A stretch of DNA of 64,000 nucleotides from Bugula neritina (taxonomy: Eukaryota > Animalia > Bryozoa). Position 1 is the first letter of the stretch. Each line of letters starts with the position of its first letter. The notes under the pieces were generated by a model, which saw only the letters and a list, made by a program, of their open reading frames with translations, was not told the origin of the DNA and ran no database searches. Made by a program: the position numbers and the translations under genes. Location of the stretch: positions 30,069,504 through 30,133,503 of the forward strand of contig OZ037765.1 of assembly GCA_964035545.1 (NCBI GenBank), written 5' to 3'. This document shows, in pieces, positions 1 through 12,900 of this stretch.

Positions 1-252
1 TTATTTGGGTTATCATTAATGACCTTTAGAACAATATTGATTTCATCTTCCAAACATGTGACCCACTCTTGGTAAACAGAAAATACATTTTCCTAAACAA
101 GTTGATTTTTTTTCTTTCGAGCAAAACAGTTTCCACCTGCTTTAGTCATGAAAATTTCTCTTATAGCGTCCTCCACTTCGAGCTCCCTTTTTTGCCAAGT
201 GTGTTAGAAATAGGTTATAATGTAGAGTATGTATTGTAAGATAATCACAAAC

Positions 253-1381
253 CTTTCATACAACCAGGAAATCTTTCATCAAACTGCTTACTAAACTCTT
301 CTGGAGACATCCATTTAGCCAATTGACCTGCAATGCCATTGAGGGTAGTTGGAGTTGTTTGCCTTTTCTCCTTGGTTACAATGAACGTCTGCTTTTCAAC
401 TCTAGCTACGTCAGCTGGATCAGTTAAGGCCAGCCAACTAAAACATTGCATTTAACCTTCATAACACCTCCATGTAATAAATGCTTACATCTTAGTAACA
501 CTTTGAGTACTTCTTCAGGTGATAAAATTATTACAACTGTAAAGGTGTATAAGCTCTCAGACATAAATAATCAATAAAAACCTGTACTTCATCGCTTCTA
601 GTAATGAAAACCTATAATACTTCATAGCTTCTAGTAATAAAAGACTTACTGCATGTGTGTACACAGTCCCTGCTGCAGCTGTTAGTTTCTACATCAATTG
701 CACACACAGTATAGTTTATTTGTTCCCAGAAAAGAATACATGCTAGAAGCTGAAACATGATAGAGAGGTTGAGGACATACCAGTTGTCATATTTAGGTAG
801 AGCTTGTATCATGCCATTTTCTAGTAGAGTGTCTATCATCTGCTGATTCTCCTCATCAGATCCATCACAGATGTACACATTGTCAGGCTGACATATTGCT
901 GCCTTCTCCTCTATAAAACTGCGTACTTTAGGAGCTAGACTGCTCAGATTGCCTTTTACAACTGTGTACAGCCTCTTCTGCTCTGATGCTGCAGTTGTGG
1001 ACTGGTTACTGAAACAAATTGGGTCATTGAACAGCAAAACTTTCATAGTAATACGACATCTTGTATATGCTTGTGCACATACATGTTGGCATGTACATGA
1101 ATGGCAAATATCCTATATGGATAGCCATAGCAAAGTATTACCTTATTATTATATAGCCTAAGCATAATATTAATATAATAATAGTAGTACTATACATTTT
1201 AATCTTTTTTAGCTAAGCACCAGCTAAAATTACAGGGCCTAAGCTATAAAAACCATATGTCATCATACTTGCAGTTGTCCTAGTGTTAATTAAAATTAAA
1301 ACTTTCATGTCCTGTTTTCCAAAACAATATCCCCAAATTTCTAAAGTAAAATAAGTAACCTCACCTGTTAGTATTGGCCAT
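253..1381 (-). CDS. PCK: Phosphoenolpyruvate carboxykinase (GTP), paralog A, 5' part only (continues past the left edge)
   Basis: Exons 1381-1365 (ATGGCCAATACTAACAG|GTGAG), 1008-781 and 437-253, all GT-AG and in frame: MANTNSNQSTT...[17 protein letters not shown]...[18 protein letters not shown]...RFPGCMKG. These are typical N-terminal motifs of GTP-PEPCK. Confidence 0.93.
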
Positions 1382-1472
1382 GGTTAGCAAAAGCAACTTC
1401 TTTCAATACACAGTGATGCGAGTAGCAGCTGGTTTTGAATGAAGCTTTATCGTCCTGAAAGCTAATAGCAAC

Positions 1473-1520
1473 TTATATACATCAGTTGTGCAATCATGCG
1501 TGCAGGTTTCATTGGCCAAT
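1473..1520 (-). promoter_or_regulatory. TATA box (1479-1473) and CCAAT boxes (1511-1520) upstream of PEPCK A
   Basis: Minus-strand TATATAA about 92 bp upstream of the ATG, plus palindromic ATTGGCCAAT. The same layout occurs upstream of paralog B. Confidence 0.5.
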
Positions 1521-2879
1521 AGATTAATCCGTGACACTAGGCACGTAGATATTTATGCATGCTTGTCAACAACGAAGAAATCTAATTGGTTGATTGCAAC
1601 GTGTTGACATAAATATGCATCACGTTTGTTGGTGAAGTAGCATTATTAATAAACAATGCGCGAGTATGATTATACCATTATCTGTTATCAGCGTTTCCCC
1701 TGCAGCAATGCATGAGATCCTTTGTGTTTATGAGAATGGTATTGGAGCTCATAAGATTTAGAAATTATATTTAAACACAGTCAAGATACTACAACTAGAA
1801 GACTGAACACTGTAAGTTATAAGACTATTAGTATTGTAACATGTAATTACATTAATATTATTATTTACTCCCCTAGCTGCTAAAAATTTACTGATATGAA
1901 ACAAGTGATTATTTTTGGTACTCCAATAGAGAATTTGATTTTTATTGCAAGGATCTAGAATTGCAACTGTTAAAGTTGTCTTTTTGTGTTTAAACACTTC
2001 TCAATATATTTTAAAATATCAAAGTTAGTTGGAGCAGAATAATATATTATTTATTTATAGGCTACTGGCATAACCCCGACAAGAGGTAAGTATTTTGGTC
2101 TGTTTTATACACTACTAAAAATATTGTATGCGATTATTTTAATGCCTTATTTTAATCAATCTTCCATTAAATACTTTATAGTATTCAGCTCAATTTATAA
2201 AAAAAAAACAAATTTGGAGCACTTGTTTATCGAACTATTGCAAGGATCAGAAAGAAGCTCATACAATTGACACATCGAACCAGATAAGCTTGGTTATAAT
2301 CAAACAGGAGATCACAAAAGATATATAATCAAAATAACTAAATCAAAATGAATGGTAAATAGTCGATTTTATTATTAATCAGCATAGTATTATAATAATT
2401 TTATTATTATGAATTGAAAAAGTTCCTTACTGCTTACAGCCAGTATTTTCAATATAACATATTTAAAAATGAGTATCTCAACAAGACTTTGACAAAAACC
2501 TCACAAAAAATAAAATTTGCTATATTAAAGAATCTGCAACAGTAAAAATACCTAATATAGGCATAATACAGTATAAAAAAATTATGTGTTTCTACACAAA
2601 GTTTCACTAAATGGAATGGAATAACAAAGCCAGCAACACATGGAGAAACACGTGCCAAAGCTGTTGAATGCTTGAGATTGTTGAAGCACCAGAAAGAGAA
2701 ACACAGGTATTATAATTAACAGTACAAAGTATAAGGGTGATGAGATTACAATGTTGGATGTCATGAGTAATTGCAAAGCAGCCTGTAACGTGGACTGGGG
2801 TGTAAACACTGTCTAAGGTCAACTAACAAGTATAAATCTGCAAATTGTTATTCCACATGCTAAAAATATTGTCATTAGT

Positions 2880-5800
2880 TCACATGCTCTCAGTTCTATC
2901 CTGGAGATTCAAAAGCTCCTCCCACATTTCTCGAGGTAGATCTTCATTTACCTGTTCTTTAAAATATTTATCTATTTTATTACACTCATCTTTCCAGAAC
3001 TCGGGTGATAGACTAAACAACTCCTTCATGTCAATATCACCCAAACCTTCCACATTCAAAGACCCAGGCTTAGGAATAAGTCCGATGGGAGATTTCGTGG
3101 CCACATCTTTATCTCCAACTCTTTCTAGGATCCATTCTAACACTCTCACATTGTCTCCAAATCCTGGCCACAAAAAGTCTCCTTGATTGTTGGTACGAAA
3201 CCAATTTACATGGAAAACCTTAGGAGTCTTGACATCTTTACGTTCTCCAAAACTCAGCCAGTGTTTAATATAATCTCCAAAATTGTAGCCGAAGAAAGGT
3301 CTCATTGCAAATGGATCGTGCTTTATCATCTTTTTCTTTCCTGAAAACATTTGTGATGAAATTAGCTTTCTAAACAAAGCAATTAAATTCAATTTAAATA
3401 AATATTAATCTTGATTCCAGCCAACAGTTAAACAATAAAAATATATTGTTGAGTAATTTTATTAATTAAAAAGTTGTCAAACTAATTCATTGAAATTGAT
3501 TTCATTAATTGAATATATTTTAAAATTGCCAAATTACTTCATATAACTATATTGATTATCAATTTCATCTACACATGAAAGTACAGCGTGAACTACTTTA
3601 ACTGATGTTCTGGATGGAAAATTCACACAGTAAATCGCTGTGTAACATTAAATAAACTTATAAACAAACACCAAAACTGTCTAGTGGTAGCAAAAATAAA
3701 TATCAAAAAATATATTTATTTGAAAACATCTTATGGAATTAGTATTTATTGTGTGAAAACAAAAAAATTGTGGTGCTTGCAAGCAAAGTTAACAAAGTGA
3801 GTGCAAAGACAAATTTTGCAGATTTTTAGTTTACATTATTTCAGAAAGGCAAAATTAAAAATCAACTGAAAAAAGATGGAAAACAAATTGTTTACAGTAA
3901 AACTGACTCACCGCCAGCTTTATCTGCTGCCGTAGTTTCTGATCTCATAGCAGCTCCAACAAACACTCCATGCTGCCAGTTGAAGGACTCATATACTAGA
4001 GGGACACCCTTGGGACGTCTCCCACCAAATATAATAGCATCGATAGGAACACCAGCACTGTCTTCCCATGCTGGGTCCATAATAGGGCATTGGGCTGCTG
4101 GAGCACAGAATCTATAAATATTAAGTATAGATTTGTTAATTATCAAATATGTGGTAGATTTCATGATGAAGCTGTAAACAATAGAATTTCAGTAGCAAGT
4201 TTAGCTATCATCAATTATAAGTAAAATAGAAATAGGCAAGTGGTTTTGAATTAATTTTTTTGTAAAAATATAAAGGAATTTGATGAAAAACCATTCTATT
4301 ACACATATTATTATGAAATACATTGAAAGGCACATCAAAATATTGAAATAAACTAAAATAAAAAAATATTAAATAACAATTTTGGTGCTCAAATTTACAT
4401 ATAAACAAGGTGAAAATTTCCAGATTAGGGTTTATTAGCTTGTGGCTACAAGACTGATTAATAAGGCAACTCCTACTATGTAGTGGGAACATGTGAACAG
4501 CTAAATGTTGGTCTGTCTTACATATTATGTTGGTGTATTAACAACCGGACATAACAGAGCTAATCTAAATATTACTAAACTAGATTGCATTTTGGACAAA
4601 ATCACAAAGTAAACTTGAGATTATATTAAATTGATGCTTTACAGTGGATCCAAATTTTAGAAAAAATTTCTAATTCATGAAAACACATATATTAAATTAG
4701 ACAGCCTAGAAGGAAACATGCAATTGTATTTTTGTATATTATATAATCGGTAAACCTGTTATTTTCAATATAAAGTTTGCTCTTGTGTATAAAAAACACA
4801 AGGTAACAGGAGTTGTCTTCACATATATAATGTTCATTAAATAAAATGTATAGACGTTTACACCTCAAAAACCTGTAACCTTTAAAAAATTACAAAATCA
4901 AATTCTTACAATAAATTTTTAATTCAATTACCTGGCATTAGGGTGTGCAGCAGGATTTTTCTCATCTCCTGGCTGCCAGTTTTCTTCTCCCTTCCATGAG
5001 GTGATAGTAGCTCCGGGAGAAACTGCGTCATCATCTATTCCTTTCCAGTAAACCCCACCATCACTGGTTTTAGCCACATTTGTAAACACTGTGTTTGACT
5101 GAACAAGCTTCATTGCTATTGGGTTAGTGGCCATGGAAGTCCCTAGAGAAACATCATAATGATAAGAAAATACCACCAAAGAGGTTTTTGCTAACAGAAT
5201 TGGCCAGGACAGCATAACTTTTCGCATGAAACTCAGTTCCAATAATAGCAACAAGACATCCTAATTCGTAGCACCAACTCGGGGCTTCCCCGCTGCTTCC
5301 TGAGATATTACATATTAGTGAGCAAAGAGTGGAGCCGTATTAACTGTTGAATTCAAATGTTCAAACAATACATTTCTATAAACTAACCTGGGGCAACTCC
5401 GAAAAATCCTGCTTCTGGATTGATAGCTCGGAGTTGTCCTTCAGAGTCGAATCTCATCCAAGCAATATCATCACCAACACACTCGATCTTGTAACCTGGC
5501 AATGACGGTGTCATCATGGCTAGGTTAGTCTTTCCACAGGCACTGGGGAATGCAGCTGCTATGTACTTTTTAACTCCTTGTGGGTTGGTGATCCCCAGGA
5601 TCTGAAGTAAACAACAAATATGCATTTATATAAAAGGAAATGTTCTGTTAAAATATTCTGGTGATCAAAGTTCACATCAACTTACCAGGATCTTGCATGC
5701 TAAATTTAGACATGTGGTTTTTTGCAACTTGTTACAAAAACAAGAATGCACCAGATTATAAGCAAAATGAATTTGGGTACAGATATTCCTCGAATCTTGA

Positions 5801-8800
5801 CAACCTACCAGCATGTGCTCTGCCAGCCAGCCCTCTCTCTGGGCCAGAATACTACCGAGGCGAAGAGCAAAGCACTTTTTACCCAGCAGAGAATTTCCAC
5901 CGTAACCACTTCCAAATGATGCAATCTCATTCTTGTCAGGTATATGAGCAACCATGATCTCATCAGGTTTACATGGCCAGTTGTTCACCAGAGGTTCTAT
6001 AATGGTATTCACCAGGCATGATGTAGAAATCAAACTGATATTTATGAAACCTAAATTAAATCCTGCCAAAATTAAGGTAAATAAATTTGTTACCAAGCAA
6101 GGAAGTTTTCACAATTTTTCCAAACAATGAAATTTCATTTGTTGATTAAAGGGACTACCATGCACTAGCACTCTCACCCAAGCTCAATGATTCACCTTGG
6201 TTTTAAATATATGCGTTCTCCATTTCATTTATAATGATTGCCTTGAAGTAAATGCCATACTGTTATTGTACCCAAGCAAAGTAAACAAGCAATATTGTTA
6301 CTTATTTGAGTGTAGATATTTCAATTTTTTATATTTACACAGTTACATGCTCCATAAAAAGAATGCGAATGAAAACATACACTGCATAAATTTTGTTCCA
6401 ACAACATATGAAGTTATTTTTCAAAAAAGAAATAAACATTTTTGTGAAATTTTCTTAGTAGCAAATAGCTAGTAACTTAGTAAAGATGTATTTAAATAAA
6501 TTCAATTGAAAATTTTCACCTGACTAATGTCCATCGAAGCATATTTCAAAGCTGACAAAAAGAAAATAATTTTCCATAAAATGAGGTGACAACACACCAA
6601 CCTCTGATTTGCCAACCACACACGCCCCTCCCCCAGGCGTGACAAGAAAAAAAACACTGATTAACCAAACACAATACAACTTTTCTGTTTATTGATTTCA
6701 ACTCATAATTGAATGGAAATTCTAGCTAACCAACTGAGTTGCATAACCAGATGAGCATGAGTGCTGACTACCTATGATGTCCTTAAAGTATGTGTCAATA
6801 AGCCTGAATAGAGTCAAATTTAAAATAAATCAGTGACCAATACAATGCAATACAAAACATAAAACCTACTAGAATGTTGGTGGTTTGGTGCTCTTGTTTT
6901 ACCAAAACCTTTCTTCTACACCCCTACAACTAATTTATTGCTAACAACTCATGATGTTGTCAACTGAATTGTGCAAGTAGGGATATTCAGTACAAGTTCA
7001 TGTTGAACATTGCCCAATTAGTCTTTGGTTACGGAAACAAAACACACTCAGTCATGTTCTACTAATCAATTGTTTTATGCAATATTTATAGTGGAGTGAA
7101 TCAAGAGACCACATTTTTGCCATGTCACACTTTTGAAAGCTGCTTTCTTTCAGCAACTGTAAACACTTTCTAGCTGTGCTCTAGCATGGGATTGGATGCT
7201 GCGCTAGCTAGGACAGTGAATTACGCCAACCAGAGTTATTAGTTTGTAAAAAAAATTATGCAAAATGTTTACAACCCTTCAGCGATGTCAGTATAGTTTA
7301 AGGTAAAGTGCAGCTTAAAAGTAACGCAACTGATTTATTGACGTTTTCAAAAATTATCGTCACTTGTGTAGATAAAAACACAGTATGAATATGCAAGAAA
7401 ATTAGTCAAGTGATTCAAGAGCTAAAGTAAGTTGCTTACTATCGAGAGGTAGAGGCCGGCCCACAGAGTGTAAAGCTTTTACAAATTCACTGTCCCCGAG
7501 TGTCTGGAGTACGTTTGCACCCATCCTAGTCATAATTCTCATACTAGCCACTACGTATGCGGAGTCGGTTAACTCTACCCCAATCTTCGACAATGGTGAG
7601 CCAACTGGGCCCATGCTAAATGGTACCACGTACATTGTCCGTCCTAAAACAGCATAAGAAATTAAAAGTATGTAACATGACAGCTTTGAAAACTGCTACA
7701 AGCCGTGTCTTGTACATGCCTGTTGCAATATATTCATCCATGCTATATAAAGACAAACTAGTTATGCTGAAAATGTAGAAGATCAATTGGATAGATGATG
7801 TGAAAATATTTGGTCATCTTCAACAGTGATTTGTCATAACTTGGGCCTTACCACATTGCATCATTTCGTCAATTAGGCCTTGATTAAAAACTATTCATTT
7901 CATAGTTACAAAATCATTCATACTATTATATTATAGACTTGATGAGTGGAAAGTCAAATATGCTTTACAAACCTTTCATACAACCAGGAAATCTTTTATC
8001 AAACTCTGTTTGAAATTCTTTAGGCGACTTCCATATTGCCAGTTCCCCCTTAGCTTCATTAATAGTAGTTGGAGTCGTCTGCTTTTTGCCCTCGGTCACA
8101 ATGAATGTCTCTTCCTCAACCCTAGCTACATCTCCAGGATCAGTTAAGGCCAGCCAACTATAACAGACACATTACATTAGTAAGAACATACACTCTAGCT
8201 GACCACAAATACAATACATTCAACCACAAATACAATACATTCTACTACAGATACAATACATTTTAATAATTTTTACCAAGGAAAAGTTACAATCGTATAA
8301 ACTTCAAGACTGCCTACGTCCATCAGAAGATTTCTGGTGAATCATCACACCATCATTTTCCAAATTAATTATTATGAATTATGAATGATAGACAAATTTA
8401 TTTATAATAATTAAAACATGATAGAGAGGTTGAGGACATACCAGTTGTCATATTTAGGTAGAGATTGTATCATGTGACTTTCAAGTAGAGTGTCTATCAT
8501 CTGCTGATTCTCAGCATCAGACCCATCACAGATGTACACATTGTCAGGCTGACATATTGCTGCCTTCTCCTCTATAAAACTGCGTACTTTAGGAGCAAGA
8601 CTGCTCAGACTGCCTTTTACAACCGTGTACAGCCTCTTCTGCTGTACTGATACTGAGTTCAAAGGTGATGCATTGATTCTAAAACAATCGTACAGTAAAT
8701 TAACATAAACATAAAAATAGTGTTAATGAGGTTTTTAAATGACAATATTTCCTTCAAATTTCTCAGTTATCAAGAGAAAACACCAAAAATCAACAGCCTT

Positions 8801-9023
8801 GTATAGTTAACCTATTTCATTAGCAACCAAGTTATAGATCAAACACAGTTGCCAAAGTCAAAGTGAAAAATTAATCAACACTTTTATACTGGGAAACTGT
8901 ATATTAAGTTAGTTTATAACCACAGTGAGTTTACGCAGTAACAGCACTAAATCTTAGAGTATGATAACTTTCAAAATTGAAAATATTCTGAAAGCTTATA
9001 TCAAACCTTTCAGTGATAACCAT
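2880..9023 (-). CDS. PCK: Phosphoenolpyruvate carboxykinase (GTP), paralog B, short (cytosolic-type) isoform, 9 exons, 638 aa
   Basis: Exons 9023-9007, 8678-8442, 8157-7973, 7643-7440, 5996-5809, 5601-5388, 5142-4932, 4111-3912, 3340-2880. Sum 1917 nt, open frame, GT-AG introns. Motifs [16 protein letters not shown]-loop [42 protein letters not shown]. Confidence 0.96.
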
Positions 9024-9129
9024 TTCTGAAGGTAGGAGAATAAAGTCAGATAATAAAAATTATTGATGCAGCAATTGCACTACTTTCAACAATCAATAAA
9101 TAATATAGCACCACACCAGTGGGCTCATA

Positions 9130-9210
9130 TTATATACGATTTGCTGACTGCATACACTGCATTCTATTGGTTGAAAAAAAGGTGTGAGTACATCTCTTTG
9201 CTTTCATTGG
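9130..9210 (-). promoter_or_regulatory. TATA box (9136-9130) and two CCAAT boxes (9166-9170, 9206-9210), proximal promoter of PEPCK B
   Basis: Minus-strand TATATAA about 107 bp upstream of ATG 9023, with two minus-strand CCAAT motifs further upstream. Confidence 0.5.
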
Positions 9211-9909
9211 CTGGAATGTAGGCAACATATGGGTCCATTGCATGACAAACGCACTCAGTTGCCTAGTGGAAAGTTCCCCGTATAAATATTAATGCACTGT
9301 AAACGCATGGTCGCTTGCATTGCATCATATTATTTTACTTTTGTAACTTGTTTTGAACGCGAAGGGTGTGATGGAGGTGTGTCGCTAACCGAGCACCGCT
9401 ATTGGCTGCAGGCTAATCACGATTCCGTTGTCAACGCTCTGACTATAACGAAATCATTCTGCAATACAGCTCCATTGCCTGTTAATCCGGGTTAACAAAT
9501 ATTATTGCAATTCAGCCATTGTTATGGGTCAAGTAGAATCATACTATCCCAGCAACTGTTGTTGCAAATATTGCTACTGCCAAATTTTCTATTTGGGTAT
9601 CCAGTTTATTGAATAACTCCAGCACTTAGATGGCTTGCCCTCAGCAAACAAACTAACTGGCATTTTTCACCCAATATTACTGCGCACACTGAAACTGTAT
9701 ATAATATTTTTCAAATGCAAGGTAGTAGTGCTTGGAGAGTCAATAGTATAATAACAAGATCCAACAGTCAGTGATGTTGGCATACAACTCATAAGTAGCT
9801 CAGCAATGGTGGTTATAAAGAGTAATCGAAGTCAGGCCTAGTTTATTAAAATCATACAATTTTTATTCCGAAAGTTGCAAAACTTAAAGCAGAAATGAAA
9901 AAATGTCAC

Positions 9910-9950
9910 AGTCAGTCAGTTGATTAGTCCGTCAGTCAGTCAGTCAGTCA
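9910..9950. repeat. (CAGT)n microsatellite, imperfect
   Basis: cagtcagtcagt...gtcagtcagtcagtcagtca read directly. Confidence 0.8.
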
Positions 9951-12900
9951 ACAAGTAACATGGAAGGAGAGGGAATTCTCTGAAACAATAAAAATTTCAC
10001 AGAGCTTCCCTAAATTCCAGCAGGATGCAAATTCCTTGTCCAAATTAATCAAATGAAGAAACACAGTTGCAATATTCACTCTAGCTAACTACATCCTAGA
10101 GTGCCTAAAAAATGCATCACTGAAGAGTTAATGAGAACACTAAACCAACTAGCCTTTTTATTGAAGTTTCAGGAATTCTCACGTCCACAAACTTGAAATT
10201 ATGTCCATCAGTTTGTCACATTTACCATTGATTGAAAAAGCTTGATGGAACAAGCTGATTTATGAAATGAGTTTCAGAATCATTGGAGTTGGAATATTAT
10301 TGCATTAGAGATGACAACTCCTCTGCGTGTATTTTTTTTAATAGAGAGGGCAAATATATAATAGATGTTTTTAATTCAAAGCCTTCAGTCTTTGTTTACT
10401 TTGTACACTGTGAGTTCAGATTGCAAGCTATATGCTATACAAACAGCCCTTGGCTCAATTAAACTATTGAACTCTATTTTCATATCCATAAATTTATCAG
10501 ATTTACTAAGAATTAAGACTTTGACCAAAGGACAAATAACTCCAAGAAAGAGTTACTAGGATCTATGAATGTAGCCCGAAGGAGCAGAATTTAGTACTTT
10601 TACACAACACCAACATGATTATATTCACAAGCAAAGTCATTTGATATAAGTTGGTAAAATTGTTGTTTTTTATTCTAATCAGCAAGATTTTTGCAAACCT
10701 CTAAAATTAGGCATCAGCATTATTTTGAGAGTAACATTTCAAATAAATTAAATGCAACATTGAATAATATTTTTGAAATCAAATTAAAAGATTCAAGAAA
10801 CTATGAAAACAAAAAAATCAAATTTTTGTCTGGAAACTCCTAGAACTAACCTCGGAAGCTTTGTATGATTACATGAGTATAGCAAAGACCTCCTACAACA
10901 GAGCTAATCAATCTTACTTCCTTTATAAAAAAAAACGAAGTACCCCTCCCGTATAAAAGTTATATATCTAGCAAAAAGGCTATTATATGAATCTAGCAAC
11001 TATACTAGTGATCATAGGTAAATTTACTGAATAGACGGTGCGTATTAATATCTTACAGACATCTCCATTAAGTGGTATATGCTAGGTACCTTCAACACAA
11101 TACTGCAGAAATATCTGTGCTAAATTTAACATTTGCATTACTAGCAGGTATAAAAACCGCACATGCTGTCAAGAGTTAATTATAGAAGCTGTTAGCTGAA
11201 AGGTAATTATGCAACCTGTAGCCAGCTATATAAAAGAATAGTACTGACTGCAAATCAATAGCAGTAATTTGAATCAAGACCTCATTCCTTAAACGGTATG
11301 AATAGGGCTGCAAATCTTGAAGAAGCATAAGCACAATATTTTACAGTGGTGATGGTAGCTACAGAACTGAAGGCAATGATTAAGTAGCACCTAGTACTTG
11401 TTTACCTACTAGCCTACTAAATTTAGCTAGATGGTTTCCTATAATGGCTCAAGCAAATAATTATATGATATCTATATGCATGGTTTTGTTATTTAAGTCA
11501 CGTGACAGCTCAAGTAGAATGAAAATTAACGCTAGCAACTATTGCATAGGGCCATCACTGTTCCAAGTGATGAATTGGTAGCTAAATTCAGACTTAACAA
11601 GAAAACTATTTATAGGTGAACTTTAAACCTTTTTGTTATTGCAATTACAAACTTCATGTATGAATGAAACAATATATAACTGTCCTAGAAAGCAGGATTT
11701 CTATTACATATGTTGCCCTGCAGTAGACCGGTAAGAAATCACCTACAATAGAGTATGAAAAGTAATAAAGTTCATTGGGCTATTACAATGCTAAGTCGAT
11801 AGCATGCTGTTCAGATTAGTTTTTACTCAGTCTGAGTGATGGAGTTTAATTCATCAAATATTTGGCTTAGTCTACGGGTCTGTTTACCCCCCCCTCCTTC
11901 TGTATACGGTGACAGTTCACATTACTTCAAGCATTTTGGGCCTACTTTGTTCTTGAGGATATTGAAAATTCAACTATTCACAAATAAAGCTTACTATGTA
12001 TATGGCATTATATGACACTGAAATACTTGGATAATAGGTTTTATTTATTTTTATCAGTAGTTTTTAAATTAATCTAAATTATTGTTGGCACTTTGGGGTA
12101 CAGAATAATGCTATAAGAGTTGCCCCACCTTTCCCTTGCAAGTAGTTCTAATGTTCACATTCATCAATATATAAGCTCATATTTTATGTCCAATTTTAGT
12201 TTACTGCATTTCTTACATGCATATCTGTATATTTGTCTGGAATTCAGGTTGAAGTTATAAATTGAACACTTGTAGTAGAAAAGATCACAAGAGCAGAATC
12301 ACAGTCTTTTATAGTGTTATCAGATATTTTTGTAAGACTAAGAAGTTGTCCACTTTCGAAATAAAGAATTCTCCTCCATAGCTAATTAAAAACTATACCT
12401 CAAAGCTATAGAAAGTCAATAATCTCGGCACCTAACGGAGACCAGGACAAGTTTTGGAACTATAAAATATAATTGCTATCTTGTTATAATGCTATCAACA
12501 CTATCTCATCTGTAGAAAATGAAGTAAATTTTCCGCAAGGTTAGATGCTGCGGGTGGGGCTAGAATGGAAAATTACCAACTTGGTTTGTTGACTGCTCTA
12601 AACAAGGTGACAGGTCTTAAGGTGCTTCCACATGCAAGTATCTCATTCATCATTTGTCAGACGTGGCATGAATAAAATAATGCTTGCTGTGATTTTTTTG
12701 CAGAAAGAAATTAATTAGTACAAAGTCCATTGCTCTAATGACGTCACCTGGCTAGCTCAAGGAGTAGCCATGGCTATGAAACAATAAATTCAGCCTTGAC
12801 CTTACAGATAGAACAAGAATGCTTCATAACTATACCAGTACATAATTTGTACTTCAAGAACCGCCCATTGCTTGTGAGATTTACATCCTAGCTTCAGCCA

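Noticed and set aside
2845-3186. Antisense ORFs over coding exons (also 17869-18054, 18499-18690, 19926-20231, 29796-30047, 63444-63674)
   Set aside because: Shadows of real exons or compositional ORFs with no independent evidence.
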